NCBI GenBank assembly: GCA_016935765.1
Contig: JAFGQG010000175.1
Span: 355 to 64,354 of the forward strand
Direction: 5' to 3'
DNA: 64,000 nucleotides
DNA from: a bacterium
GTDB lineage: Bacteria; UBP14; UBA6098; JAFGQG01
Within the stretch, counting starts at the first letter, position 1, and every line of letters starts with the position of its first letter. Both the position numbers and the translations under genes were made by a program. Shown piece by piece: positions 37,501 through 47,719 of this stretch. The notes below the pieces were generated by a model. It saw nothing but the letters and a program-made list of their open reading frames with translations. It ran no database searches and was not told where the DNA came from.

Positions 37501-38869
37501 CGTTATCGAGGTTCCTGAACGGATTTACTGAACACACATCCTCTCCGTGTTCGCAATCGTCAAGGATAGTGCAGGCGAAATAGTCTGAGAATGCTTCATC
37601 CATTGCGCCTGATTGCCCCGTGTACTCCAATCCTCCCATGGGATATATGAAATGAGTAACTCCGTGGGTGTATTCGTGGTAAACTACATCGGAGAAATGC
37701 CCGAAGTTGTTGCAGCTGTTTCCAGCTCCGAAGTGCATTCCGGTGCCATCCCAGAAGGCGTTGTCCGGGGTAGGTGATACTGTGTCGTTAACCACGACCG
37801 GCATGGGATAATCGAGAGCGTCGAAATCGGGATCGATCGCCTTGTACCAGTCGTGTACCAGGTTTGTATGATAGTAAACGTTCACTTCAGCGGTCTCTGT
37901 CTCCGCCGCGGTGAAATTAATATAATATAATGAATCATTCCTGCAGAATTCACCCCACATGGCGCGGGATGTGCCTACCGGAACAACGTCCGCGTACAAC
38001 CCCCTCAGGTTGATCCAGGTTCCCACTCCGTAACTTGGCGCATCAAAAGGAACGATAAAGACTCCAAATTCGTTAGCGGTATCATTGACTCCTTCCTCAG
38101 TTTCCACAAAAACGTAAGGAAAAGGAACGAGTTCCAAATCATCAGTTGGGTATTCGTAGAGTTTCTCTCCCATAACATAACCGCCGAATTCGTACCTGAT
38201 GTCGTCGTATTTCAGGAGTAACTCACCGTCATGCGCATCTATATAGAAATTGAATTTTGTGAGTGGGTAGGGATTGACTGTCCTGAGCCACCACGCGAGA
38301 TGGTAGCCGTCCTTAGGGAAGACCACTAATTCACTTTCATATTCCTTGAAATCTTCTGTCGCCTGCGCTATTTCCGCCGCTTCCCGGAATGAGAGTGTCG
38401 GGTTGGTGTCGATGTCGATATTCGGGTGGATGTCAGAACCGATCAGGATTATATGATCATGTTTTATCCTGAAGTGGATTCTCGCATCATGCACAGGAAT
38501 CCCGTTGAATTTCTGATCGAATATAACGTACCATGTTCCTGCCCTTTCCTTTGAGCAAGCTAAATTCAAATCGCTTATATCGACAGGGAATAGAGTGGGA
38601 TTGGTCAGGATAAAACCGCGGCACACGTTTTCCGCCTGAGAAGGAGTACTGATTTTCCCGACATATATGCCTTCCCCCATTATTCTGTGGGGCAAACCTG
38701 TATCGTCGTTCCAGGTGAACCGCCAGTCACTTCCGTATCTCGAGGTAAAATCTTTGGCTATATGGTTCCGGTCAGCTTGATAAGTGTATGCGGTTAAAAT
38801 ATTAGAAATAAAAACGATTGATAGAATCAATGTACAGACAATTAAAGTATTAAGATTTTTGCGGCTCAT
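34595..38869 (-). CDS. Secreted M4/M36-type zinc metallopeptidase with FTP/PepSY propeptide, jelly-roll, FN3 and CTD
   Basis: NAFWDG, HEYTH, GAMDEAFSDYF, GEVHADG; YIDAHDGELL PepSY; PYPNPSN..SGIYFY tail. Confidence 0.92.
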   Translation of the reverse strand: MSRKNLNTLIVCTLILSIVFISNILTAYTYQADRNHIAKDFTSRYGSDWRFTWNDDTGLPHRIMGEGIYVGKISTPSQAENVCRGFILTNPTLFPVDISDLNLACSKERAGTWYVIFDQKFNGIPVHDARIHFRIKHDHIILIGSDIHPNIDIDTNPTLSFREAAEIAQATEDFKEYESELVVFPKDGYHLAWWLRTVNPYPLTKFNFYIDAHDGELLLKYDDIRYEFGGYVMGEKLYEYPTDDLELVPFPYVFVETEEGVNDTANEFGVFIVPFDAPSYGVGTWINLRGLYADVVPVGTSRAMWGEFCRNDSLYYINFTAAETETAEVNVYYHTNLVHDWYKAIDPDFDALDYPMPVVVNDTVSPTPDNAFWDGTGMHFGAGNSCNNFGHFSDVVYHEYTHGVTHFIYPMGGLEYTGQSGAMDEAFSDYFACTILDDCEHGEDVCSVNPFRNLDNVLRYPDNWVGEVHADGAIISGAFWDMRELFGRNYTDSLVHFARYGWAENFEDFLIEVLVVDDDDGNLANGSPHFWEIYDAFQAHGIGEFRVEISHEGRPDTEDTESPYPISAKIVSTIPLEEDSTLIYYSIGGLFSSTPLTSTGDFYDYTGEIPPQSEGTTVYYYIFAMDTFGNYARLPEEAPDMAFSFYVGQDTIHPYMEHSPLEDQALELHPYFVKAKAKDNLGIDNLILIYQHNDDPLDTLEMEGDTLDGYHAYMETPTVAVGDSFKYKLLAVDAALAHNVTTFPEEGFHKFKVVKSIFFDFEEGESDFISTDDWQWGTPTETGPETAFSGEKCWGTNIGGNHSDNSNSELVTPPLDLSDFSCATLEFYHFYQTETTFDGGNVKISTDDGYTWNLIYPIQGYPMFRIRALDEEGFSGFITNWERVQVDLLPYVGSTVKFKFHFMSDEYSTRPGWYIDDVGVLEKQILLPPTSVRATSGYDSRIMINWKAPSLATARYRSLAPESFTGYNVYRTTVPGEYGDAPINLTAITDTSYIDLTAVNEVEYYYIVKSVYTEGESKPSNETMAMAFNADIGVTPDSFHITMPQRTELDTFLTISNLGSGYLEYNIFEEVTPPEESPFRKISHETDLASPMIPPGGEWRLLATDPDEEGVELNLAALYAQHASNFLYFLVTAHNPMGDPTSDFVLAFALDTDCDPSTGDGSIPGMGIEFMVAIGALPMGWEGQVLEYAPESPYGWMPTGEPHWYFFPEDGDSVGCGITFSVIDNPEAFTIAVFTVRDLMSMPYPEDILPDDGSIFYSAIEAAWITESPVQGVVYTTSPQDITLSLNSGSLPPADYQTWLKIVTNDWDAPLVYVPVTLTVIDAGIDEPAEKPLTYSLGIPYPNPSNISTYIEYSIPEKTPVKMEIYNILGKKIVTLLDDVVTPGKHKTLWDGIDQNGKEIPSGIYFYRFETQKFKKFRKVLILK

Positions 38870-39036
38870 TGGTCTTCTCCTTTATGTTTTTATTATTACA
38901 AAAAAATTAAATTTATAATTAAAAATAATCGAGTCAAGTTATTTAATTTTTGGAAAAAACCATTTGCTTAAATATCAAAATGATTTAAATTCTTTTTTAT
39001 GTATAAAACTTCATTGAGTTAGAAAGATAATTATAT

Positions 39037-42033
39037 ATGGAACATAAAAAAACCGTTTGTTTAATACCAGTAATTTTATTCGTTGTTATTTATGGCTTTT
39101 GCTCAGGTGTTTACTCAGCGCCGTTATCGTGTGAACTTGAGTTATTTGCCAACTCAACGGATTCTGTTTGTTTTGGAGAGACGCTTTGGGTAGATGTCAG
39201 TATTGATATCCATAGTCACGCTCCCCCGTTTCTATTTCTTATTCTCTGGGGTGATGGTGATACTACGAGGAATTTTCTCTTGAACCCGCCCTGGGAATTC
39301 ACCAGGGGTCACGTTTATGAGTCTGGTGGGGATTTCGTCATCACTGTACGGGGGTGGTTGCCTGCGCCGGATACATGCGCCGATACCGTTTATTTGACAG
39401 TCGCCGCAGACCCCGAATTTATCGTGGATGCAGGTCCGGACAGGTGGATGTTTCGCGGAGATACCGTTACGATAGGCGGGAGTCCCGCGATTACCGGGGG
39501 TACGCCTCCATACCACATTTCATGGACACCCCCTGTCAACCTGACCAATCCAGCAGTGGCAAACCCCGGTGCCTTCCCGGTTACACATACCACATACACA
39601 ATGTCAGTAACCGATGATTTCGGGTGTTCTGCGACCGATAGCGTCCGGCTCATGGTGGACGCGCCGCCAGAGATCAGCAATGTCGTTTTCTGGCAGACGA
39701 CAGACGGTTCACAGCAGGTAACGATATGTTATGATTTTAATGACGATGACGGCGATTCCGCGGCTATATCCGTTGCAATCTCATCGGACGGTGGCGGAAC
39801 GTGGACGGTACCGGTCAGCACGGTGTACGACACGATCGGGACACCGCCGAACCTTGGGTCGGGGGTGATGCCCGGCACCCATTGCTTCGTCTGGGACCTC
39901 GGAGAAGACCTCCCCGGAGTCGAAAGCTGCAACTTCATAGTCGAAATCACCGCCATGACGGGCTTGCGGGAAACCCTCGTCGTGCTGGATTCCTTTCTCC
40001 TCGCCGAAGCAAGAGGGATCACATTCGACGGCACCGCATTATGGGTCAACCAGAGTCCTGGACTCCCTCCGCCGTCTTCCGTCGATAAAATATTCAGGAT
40101 CGACCCCCATTCCTATGCTAAGCTCGACTCGTTCTATTATCCGACCTTCCCATACGGGCACATGGAAGATATGGCATGGATCAATGACACCCTATATTTG
40201 TTCAGTTTCGGAATGTTCGTGCCGGATGTCAGGGCAAAGATCTTTAAAATTGACACAGCTACGGGTTTTATGGTCGATACCTCAGCAACGATATTCCCGG
40301 GAAGCTACACGGGACAGGGATTGACGTCGGACGGAGTGAACCTCTGGGCGGTCAGCTCTGTAGGCTCGTGTTACAAGGTCGATCCGCATACATTGAATGC
40401 AACTTTCTTGTATAACGCCGACACTACCGCCGGTGGGGATACTGTTTTCGTAAGTGGGCGTAACTCAGACGGCGCCGCTTTCGGAGAAGGTTACCTCTGG
40501 CTGGTCAGGAATCAGCTCGGGTACAGGATCTTTAAAGTAGATACCGCGCTGGGGATAGTCGTCGATTCGACATACGCGCCAATGAGCAGTACTTCCGGTC
40601 CCGAAGGGCTCGCCTATGATGGGCGCTACTTCTGGTATGTGGAAAACAGCATACATGGCGGTACTGTTTATAGATTGGGCACTCACGAACTGGAAGTAAG
40701 TACCTACTCCAGCAGGGGATGCCTCGACTCCAGAGACCCGGTTATAGTCATCGATCCAGCTATATGCGGCGACTACTTGTGCGGAGGGATCGACTATAGT
40801 TTTCTATGGGAGGTTATCGACGAATTCGTGTTTCCATACACTCCATGCTCCCTTTTCATTTCCTACGATGGCGGCTCAACCTTCGATTTACTTGCTGTTA
40901 CTACCAATGATTCCACGTACCTCTGGTCACCGGTACCCGATACGTTCCTGACTGATGTCGTTTTTAGTGTTTCTGTAGTGGACAGTTTTGGGAATCCCGG
41001 GTACAATGAAAGCTGTTCATTTGTTATCGTTGATGCAGCCACGCCGGTGGAAGTTTCGATCATCTGCCCAGACCCGTGCGGGGTTTATACTTCCTGCTTA
41101 CCACAATCCTTTATTCTAAGCTTATACGATTCCTCGGGAGCAGGCATTGATACAATGAGAACATACTTTACGTTGATAATAAACCATTTAAGAGGGGGTG
41201 CTGATACGATATATATTTCCGAACCTTCACCCTATCTCACCTTCTTTTCGGACACACTGGTTGAGGTTTCATACAATCATTTTGATGGTGATTCTGTTGT
41301 TTTGACTTTGGATTCGGTTTATAATATCTACGGGTGTTCGATTCCCCTGGGAGTCCCTGTCGAATGCTCGTTCATCAGTGATAATTCTGCGCCATACGCA
41401 GCCCCGGAAGATATGTTCCCTGTACCTGGAAGCTGGAATTTTGATACAGTAATTTCGGTTTTTGTCAACTTTTTTGATAATGGAGCAGGTGTCCTCGATG
41501 ATAGTACAACTATGGAGTTGATAATCTGGAATGATGGCGTTCCGGAGACGTTGTTCTTCCTGGGGGATTCCGTGGAGGTTACTTTTAGCCCGGGTGAAAG
41601 CGTGTACGTTTACGCGCGGACGATCGACGCTATTCCCCAGCATCCGTTCTGTTCGTGTCCGCCAAACGTTGGTAATGCCTCCTGGTCTTTCTATGTCTGC
41701 CGCGACAACACTGCCCCGGAGATCACGGACGTGAGGTTCTACCAGAGAACGGACGGTTCGAGACTGGTGGATATTTACTACTTCGCCGACGACATCGATG
41801 GCGATTCGATGTATGTCGAACTTCAAGTTTCGAATGATGGCGGATTTACCTGGGATGTGTTACCAGTTACGTTCATTACCCCCTCTGATACCGGTTGGGT
41901 GTTACCTTCAGCCTCCGAGGAGAAGCGAATCACCTGGGACATGGGGGCTGACTACGGCGAATGCGATTTCGAGGAGAGCGACATTAGAGTCAGGATCAGG
42001 GGTGAAGACGGGGTGTATGGCTGCGGGTGGTGA
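39037..42033 (+). CDS. Secreted modular protein (PKD, Ig modules, beta-propeller) without a T9SS tail
   Basis: WGDG PKD; two QxTDGS Ig modules; GITFDG..LW / GLAYDGRYFW propeller blades. Confidence 0.8.
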   Translation: MEHKKTVCLIPVILFVVIYGFCSGVYSAPLSCELELFANSTDSVCFGETLWVDVSIDIHSHAPPFLFLILWGDGDTTRNFLLNPPWEFTRGHVYESGGDFVITVRGWLPAPDTCADTVYLTVAADPEFIVDAGPDRWMFRGDTVTIGGSPAITGGTPPYHISWTPPVNLTNPAVANPGAFPVTHTTYTMSVTDDFGCSATDSVRLMVDAPPEISNVVFWQTTDGSQQVTICYDFNDDDGDSAAISVAISSDGGGTWTVPVSTVYDTIGTPPNLGSGVMPGTHCFVWDLGEDLPGVESCNFIVEITAMTGLRETLVVLDSFLLAEARGITFDGTALWVNQSPGLPPPSSVDKIFRIDPHSYAKLDSFYYPTFPYGHMEDMAWINDTLYLFSFGMFVPDVRAKIFKIDTATGFMVDTSATIFPGSYTGQGLTSDGVNLWAVSSVGSCYKVDPHTLNATFLYNADTTAGGDTVFVSGRNSDGAAFGEGYLWLVRNQLGYRIFKVDTALGIVVDSTYAPMSSTSGPEGLAYDGRYFWYVENSIHGGTVYRLGTHELEVSTYSSRGCLDSRDPVIVIDPAICGDYLCGGIDYSFLWEVIDEFVFPYTPCSLFISYDGGSTFDLLAVTTNDSTYLWSPVPDTFLTDVVFSVSVVDSFGNPGYNESCSFVIVDAATPVEVSIICPDPCGVYTSCLPQSFILSLYDSSGAGIDTMRTYFTLIINHLRGGADTIYISEPSPYLTFFSDTLVEVSYNHFDGDSVVLTLDSVYNIYGCSIPLGVPVECSFISDNSAPYAAPEDMFPVPGSWNFDTVISVFVNFFDNGAGVLDDSTTMELIIWNDGVPETLFFLGDSVEVTFSPGESVYVYARTIDAIPQHPFCSCPPNVGNASWSFYVCRDNTAPEITDVRFYQRTDGSRLVDIYYFADDIDGDSMYVELQVSNDGGFTWDVLPVTFITPSDTGWVLPSASEEKRITWDMGADYGECDFEESDIRVRIRGEDGVYGCGW

Positions 42034-42038
42034 TAAAC

Positions 42039-42144
42039 AATGACGAATGAATAATGACGAATGATTATTCCCCTATCACTTGAAACGGAGATTTTCCCCT
42101 AAAATTTATTCTTTGTTGCGCGGATTTGCGTTAATCAGCGGTTT
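42039..42144. repeat. AATGAC/AATGAA array and ACGCAGAT-family array
   Basis: aatgacgaatgaataatgacgaatga; gcgcggatttgcgttaatcagcggttt (reverse-complement relative of 63922-63948). Confidence 0.55.
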
Positions 42145-42208
42145 CTTTTGGTCTATCAGCCACTTAACCCTGATTACGCTGGATATATGATGCGCGGAGC
42201 CGTCAATC

Positions 42209-42760
42209 CTAATCCCCAATATATTCCTCTTCAAGCTTTTCGTGTTCCTTGAAAATGGTCTCCATCTGGCTCTTGCACGTCTTCAACTGGGTCACCATCT
42301 CTGAAAACCTGTCATTGAACTGCTTGAGGTTCTCTTCGAACTCCTCATGCTCCTCCTCGATCTGAACCAGGGGGACCTCGCCATGATGCTCCTCCATCTC
42401 CTCATGTTCAGCCTTCCGCTTATCAAATTCCGAAAGCAATTCCCTGCACTTCTGAATGACCTGGATATGCTCTTCATCCCACTTATCATGCTGTTTCTGT
42501 TTGGCTTTATCCTCTTCCGAGAGTCCCTTTCCGGCAAGCTTAATGTCCAGTTTCATGTGCATTTGGTCCAGTTCTTCGTGCTCAACGATGAGTTCATCAA
42601 GAAGGGTTTGAAGGCTTTTCGCGCGCTTGGTCAACTCCTCGGTTTGAGCCTCAAATTCCGCGTCGAGCTTTTCCCTTAGCTTTTCCCTCTTACGTTTATC
42701 ACAGCTTGTCAATAACATTAATGGGATAATCCCAAGTATCACATAAGCTTTTATTCTCAT
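42209..42760 (-). CDS. His/Glu-rich coiled-coil lipoprotein
   Basis: Lipobox LTSC; helical, recurring EH/HEE motifs. Confidence 0.8.
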   Translation of the reverse strand: MRIKAYVILGIIPLMLLTSCDKRKREKLREKLDAEFEAQTEELTKRAKSLQTLLDELIVEHEELDQMHMKLDIKLAGKGLSEEDKAKQKQHDKWDEEHIQVIQKCRELLSEFDKRKAEHEEMEEHHGEVPLVQIEEEHEEFEENLKQFNDRFSEMVTQLKTCKSQMETIFKEHEKLEEEYIGD

Positions 42761-42940
42761 TTTTCCTTCCTTTTGGTTAACGATTTCGTTATCAATATTA
42801 ATTCATTGAAATGAAAAATAATAAGATATTCTGTATTGAAAAGTTAAAAATTGGTTAACTTCATTTTTTGTATTTGCGTATCACAATTTTTCATATAACT
42901 TGAATAATATAATATTAATCCTGAGAACTCATAGAAAAAT

Positions 42941-44848
42941 ATGCCGATAAAACCTAATAAAGATTCGGAAAACCAGGGTAAAAAACCCATCAAATCCGCT
43001 CGAAAAGTGAGAGGGGAGAATCCTGATAATAATGACAGCAGACTTAAAGCGCTGGTTAAAGCTTCGGTATTTGCTATAATTGCGGATATCTTTTTAATAG
43101 CACTCAAATACATCCTGTCGCGGTTCACCGGAAGCGAAGTAATATTGGCAGATTCCATTCACTCGATGGGGGATTTGGGCATAAGTCTGATGGTTTTGCT
43201 CTCCATAGTTATTAACAGCCGTTTTTCCAAAAACGTGATTGCAAAGCAGGCTGAGAGAATTGCAGCTTTGATAATATCCTTCGCGCTTATTTGGGCAAGC
43301 TACAGGGTGATCTTCAAATTCATCTTTCAAAGCAGTGGCGAGAGAATTATACAGACCGGGTTCCCCTTAATAGTAGCGTTGGTTGGAATAGTGATAACCA
43401 TTATAGTGACTTTCCTGATGTCAAATTACAAGCGGAATATCGGGAAAAAACATGATTCAGTTGCTTTTGAAGCTGAGGGGATACATACTTTCGCGGATTT
43501 CCTGACCTCTTTAGGTGCCTGGGTGACTATTTTCCTGCTTTACTTCGGTCTCAACATCGAAAAGTTCACCTCGTTCATTATCGGGTTGGCTGTCCTGCGC
43601 ATCGGTATAATGCTTTTCATACGGTCTTTCGGTCTATTCGTTTCAATTCTGAAGTTAATCTACCAGGGTATAAGTTTTGTATGGATCAGGATCACTCCCC
43701 AAAAATTCAGGGCGTGGTTGAAAAAGCAGTTTGTATTGATTGGCGCAGAACTCAAGCCTTATTTAGCCCCACTGAAACTTAGCGTTTTTTTCGCAGCGAT
43801 AGGGAAGTGGATCGCAAAACAATATACTTCCGCTGTGAACTTCCTGAGCAAGCTGGCGATTTTTAACGAGAACTGGCTGAAGCTGCATTTTCCCAGGCTT
43901 ATCTGGGTGGTTTTATGTATAATACTCGTATTATACCTTGGCACCGGGTTATATACTCTTGAGCCTCACCAGAGCGGGATCGAATTGCTGTTAGGGCGCG
44001 TAATAGCGGTGAGGCAGCCGGGACTGCATATCCATTTCCCGGAACCGTTTGGCGGAGTACTGAAGATCAACACGGGAATGGAGCACCGCCTGGAAGTAGG
44101 TTTCCGTACAAGCCTGGACACGAATGTGGAAGAACCAGAAGCCTATTTATGGGAATCCACACATATAAGTGGCAGGTATCAGAAGATTACTACAGAAGCG
44201 ATAACTCTCACTGGCGATGAGAACCTGCTGGATGGCAATTTCCTATGCTACTACATGATAAAAGACCCTATAAAATTTGCTCTCAATACTGCTCAACCGG
44301 AGGAGATAATTCGAAGCTTGTTGTGCCACCATAGTCACAAGTTACTCGGAATGTATCACCTGGACAGCATATTAACCAGCAGCCGTCTCGATATTCAGGA
44401 GCAGCTAACTCAAAAAATGAAGGCAGCGGTGAGCGCTCTACCATTGGGAGTTGAAATAACGAGGGTTTACATGCGCGAGACACACCCTCCGATTTATGTG
44501 GTTCCAAAGTACCGGGCGGTTTCATCAGCTCGGGAGGAGAAGGACGAGATAATCCACATCGCCAGTGGATATGCCAATGACCACATACCCAGGGCAAAGG
44601 GTGAAGCCAGTTCCCTGCTCCTTGAAGCGCGCGCTTACGCCCTTGAAGAAAGTTTGAAAGCCCATTCAAATACTCTGAGTTTTAAATTACGGCAACAAAA
44701 TTTTAGTAAATATCAGAACGCTACACAGATCCGGCTGAGGTGGGAAAAATTGGAGACTCTCCTTGCTGACCGGGAATTGATTATTCTACCCTCAGAAGCC
44801 AGGAAACGTGTATTTCCATCAAACCAGGGAAGGTATATTTATGAATAA
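42941..44848 (+). CDS. Cation diffusion facilitator TM domain fused to an HflK-like SPFH domain
   Basis: ADSIHSMGD and AEGIHTFAD (HxxxD) metal sites; PGLH..FPEP, LTGDENL, HPP..V..Y..V.SA, A.GYAN..IPRAKGEA. Confidence 0.88.
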   Translation: MPIKPNKDSENQGKKPIKSARKVRGENPDNNDSRLKALVKASVFAIIADIFLIALKYILSRFTGSEVILADSIHSMGDLGISLMVLLSIVINSRFSKNVIAKQAERIAALIISFALIWASYRVIFKFIFQSSGERIIQTGFPLIVALVGIVITIIVTFLMSNYKRNIGKKHDSVAFEAEGIHTFADFLTSLGAWVTIFLLYFGLNIEKFTSFIIGLAVLRIGIMLFIRSFGLFVSILKLIYQGISFVWIRITPQKFRAWLKKQFVLIGAELKPYLAPLKLSVFFAAIGKWIAKQYTSAVNFLSKLAIFNENWLKLHFPRLIWVVLCIILVLYLGTGLYTLEPHQSGIELLLGRVIAVRQPGLHIHFPEPFGGVLKINTGMEHRLEVGFRTSLDTNVEEPEAYLWESTHISGRYQKITTEAITLTGDENLLDGNFLCYYMIKDPIKFALNTAQPEEIIRSLLCHHSHKLLGMYHLDSILTSSRLDIQEQLTQKMKAAVSALPLGVEITRVYMRETHPPIYVVPKYRAVSSAREEKDEIIHIASGYANDHIPRAKGEASSLLLEARAYALEESLKAHSNTLSFKLRQQNFSKYQNATQIRLRWEKLETLLADRELIILPSEARKRVFPSNQGRYIYE

Positions 44849-45731
44849 ACCTAAAATCAGAAGGATAATAATTTTATTCTGCGTCATCGCTGCTCTCAGC
44901 CTGTTCTATTTATTTTTCACAACGGTTGTTTACGAGGGTGAGATGGCAGTTGTGACCCGCTTTGGCAAACCTGTGCGCGTACTTGACAAGCCCGGATTCT
45001 ACCTGCGCTTGCCGTTTCCGTTGAACCATATCGGGCGTATCGACAGCCGCTTGACCATGCTCGAGCCCAGACCTTCAGAGTATCTGACCGCCGATAAAAA
45101 GAACCTTATTCTTGAGAGTTCTATATGCTATAGAATTTCCGAACCAATTGTCTTCCTGAAGACGGTAATCGACCAGGAGGGATTGAATATAAGGCTGACC
45201 GACCTGCTGTCATCTCATACCGGCTTGCTGCTATCCATACATGAATTAAGCGAGATAATAAATGTCGAGGCTGCCAAACTCAAGTTCCAGGAGTTGAACG
45301 ATAAGCTTACCGAATTGATCAGGAAGGACGCCAGTTCGTTCGGGATATCCGTCGAGCAGGTTTTTGTGAAGAGAGTGATGTTGCCGGACGACAACAAACG
45401 CGCGGTTTATAAAAGAATGAGCGCTGAGAGGGAACGGATTGCCAAGAAGTACCTGGCGGAAGGAGAGGAAAAAGCGCTCGAAATACGGGCTGAGGCAGAT
45501 AAAGAGTACCGGCGAATACTCGCTGAAGCGCAAAGTGAAGCTACGATAAAGCGCGGTAAAGCTGATGCCGAAGCGATGGAGATCTACGGCGAAGCATACA
45601 GCAAGAACACCCAATTCTATAACTATATACGTACACTTGAAGCTTACGAGGATATTTTCGGAGAAAAGACCACAATAATCCTGGATGAGAACTCGAAGTT
45701 GCTGAAGATATTTTTCTCCGGCGGGAATTAA
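44841..45731 (+). CDS. hflC: HflC-like SPFH protein
   Basis: AVVTRFGKP, LTADKKNL, RMSAERERIA..Y.AEG, FYNYIRTLEAY. Confidence 0.88.
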   Translation: MNKPKIRRIIILFCVIAALSLFYLFFTTVVYEGEMAVVTRFGKPVRVLDKPGFYLRLPFPLNHIGRIDSRLTMLEPRPSEYLTADKKNLILESSICYRISEPIVFLKTVIDQEGLNIRLTDLLSSHTGLLLSIHELSEIINVEAAKLKFQELNDKLTELIRKDASSFGISVEQVFVKRVMLPDDNKRAVYKRMSAERERIAKKYLAEGEEKALEIRAEADKEYRRILAEAQSEATIKRGKADAEAMEIYGEAYSKNTQFYNYIRTLEAYEDIFGEKTTIILDENSKLLKIFFSGGN

Positions 45732-45732
45732 T

Positions 45733-46632
45733 ATGAAACGAAAAGGGAAAATATTTACCTGGCTTATAGTCATTACCGTATTACTGGCTGGATATTTCGG
45801 GACCGGTTTTTACAGCCTGAAAAGCGGACAGCACGCGCTGGTGCTCCGGTTTGGAAAATATGTTAGAACCGACAAGACACCCGGAGTGCATTTACGGCTG
45901 CCTATTCCTTTCGAAAAACAGATCGAATATAACGTTAACAAGGTACAAACAGTCGCTATTCCAGTTGATGAAAAGGAAGACATCGAAAGAATGACCGGGG
46001 ACGCGAACCTCATAATGGTTTCAGCGGTTATAACATATGAAGTGAAAGACCTGAAATATTTTCTGTTCAATGCTCGGGATCAAGCGAGTATGATCCACGC
46101 AATAACTCAGCAGAGTCTGACCAGGCAGCTCGTGGAGATGAACGTTGACGACGTAATGACCACGGGCAAATCCAACATGAGGGTGCTATTGAAGGCGAAT
46201 ATACAGGAAAAATTGGATTCGTTAAGGTCCGGAGTGTGGATTAAATCGGTGGAGTTAACTGATATCGCTCCGCCTCCGGAAGTGGAGACCGCGTTCAACA
46301 AGGTTTCTGATGCCCGGGTGGAGAAGCAGGAGATCATCAAGAGCGCTGAGGGTTATGCTAACGCCGTGGTACCCAACGCGAGGGGTCAGGGTTCTGCGCT
46401 AATCTCGGGTGCTGAGGGGTATGCAGAGGAACGTTTGAACGAGGCGCGGGGTAAGGTAAAAGCATTTCAGGATATCTACACTGAATATCTCAAAAACCCT
46501 TCAATAACCTTGAAGCAAAGATATCTGAATACCCTTGAAGTGATTATGAACAAATGCGATATCACGGTTGATTCTGACCCTGGAAACAGTATCTATTATC
46601 TGGGCAAGGAACCAAAAGGCGAAAGCAAATAA
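45733..46632 (+). CDS. hflK: HflK-like SPFH protein
   Basis: VLRFGK..PGVH..LP.PFE, MTGDANL, PPPEV..AF..V..A, AEGYAN..VP.ARG. Confidence 0.85.
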   Translation: MKRKGKIFTWLIVITVLLAGYFGTGFYSLKSGQHALVLRFGKYVRTDKTPGVHLRLPIPFEKQIEYNVNKVQTVAIPVDEKEDIERMTGDANLIMVSAVITYEVKDLKYFLFNARDQASMIHAITQQSLTRQLVEMNVDDVMTTGKSNMRVLLKANIQEKLDSLRSGVWIKSVELTDIAPPPEVETAFNKVSDARVEKQEIIKSAEGYANAVVPNARGQGSALISGAEGYAEERLNEARGKVKAFQDIYTEYLKNPSITLKQRYLNTLEVIMNKCDITVDSDPGNSIYYLGKEPKGESK

Positions 46633-46650
46633 CCCAGCACAATAAAACTC

Positions 46651-46678
46651 TTGACAATTATTCTATTTTATGTATATT
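46651..46678 (+). promoter_or_regulatory. Sigma70 promoter
   Basis: TTGACA-N16-TATATT. Confidence 0.6.
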
Positions 46679-46754
46679 GAATTTTGATTGATTTGTTCAG
46701 GTGTTTCTTGTAAAAATAACTATAAAAAACCAACATCACACAAGGAAGGAAAAT

Positions 46755-47708
46755 ATGAAAATTCGTACACTTAAAATCTGTATATCAGTAATAATGCTGC
46801 TTTTGTTTGCAGGTGGTGTACTATCATTCCAGGGAGAATATCGTGACATCCCGCTGAATGAATTACTTGAACAAATAGCTGCAGAAGGTGGGTATATTGT
46901 AGATGTTCCCTCCGAAGCTGACTGGCTTGCATCATTTGATACGGGAACAAAGGATGTTCCTGCCTGGAAAGCGCTGCATATTGTTGCTGCCGCTTATGGT
47001 TTAACCCTCGTTGAGACAGATAAAGACCATTTCCGGACCGAAATTATCGGGAATATCACCGGCGATCCTGCGGTATATAGAACGACCGGGATGCAGCCCG
47101 TGTCTGGCGGTGATATTAAGAAAGGGATAGTCTGGGCTTACGGGAAGAAGGTGGAGCCTCCATACTCGATAGAAGTGACCAGTGATGAAGTTACGCTTTG
47201 CGGAGTTACGATCTACCCGACGCCGGTGAGGGAGTCTCCCGTTCCACCAATGACCGCGGATATTCTCGAAGAGCACGATCTTTCGGGCCGGATAATAGAC
47301 ATCGGGAACGAACAGGGTTTGGAGAAAGCTGCGGAATTCGCGCTTCAAAGTTCACTGGTTGATGAAGCAGTAGTCATCGAAGACGCTATAGAAATAACAT
47401 ACACGGATGGCGAGGAGGAACTACTTTATTTTGGTGAGATGAAACACGGAACGGGGGAACGAACAATTTCGGAAGAAAACCTGTCCATGTTCGCTGATGC
47501 GGTAAAGGAAATACTTGAGGATGAAGGGATGGTAGCGTTCGGTTATAATTACTATCGTTCCTATCCTTCGAAGGATTATGGTCAGGATGTGGACAAGAGA
47601 ATTCTGGACGCGCTTTCTTCCGGAGGCAGGTTGAGGGATAAGTATTCGCGAATATTCGGAGCAACCTGGGAAAAAGATTTCACTCTAGAAATTATTCACA
47701 ATAATTAA
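46755..47708 (+). CDS. Secreted hypothetical protein (possible STN-like N-terminal domain)
   Basis: Signal peptide; DIPLNELLEQIA...G; RBS AAGGA; co-oriented with the next gene. Confidence 0.7.
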   Translation: MKIRTLKICISVIMLLLFAGGVLSFQGEYRDIPLNELLEQIAAEGGYIVDVPSEADWLASFDTGTKDVPAWKALHIVAAAYGLTLVETDKDHFRTEIIGNITGDPAVYRTTGMQPVSGGDIKKGIVWAYGKKVEPPYSIEVTSDEVTLCGVTIYPTPVRESPVPPMTADILEEHDLSGRIIDIGNEQGLEKAAEFALQSSLVDEAVVIEDAIEITYTDGEEELLYFGEMKHGTGERTISEENLSMFADAVKEILEDEGMVAFGYNYYRSYPSKDYGQDVDKRILDALSSGGRLRDKYSRIFGATWEKDFTLEIIHNN

Positions 47709-47719
47709 AAGAGGCAATA

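Noticed and set aside
42025-42040. TGA readthrough (selenocysteine) at the end of the 998-aa ORF
   Set aside because: TGA is followed immediately by TAA.
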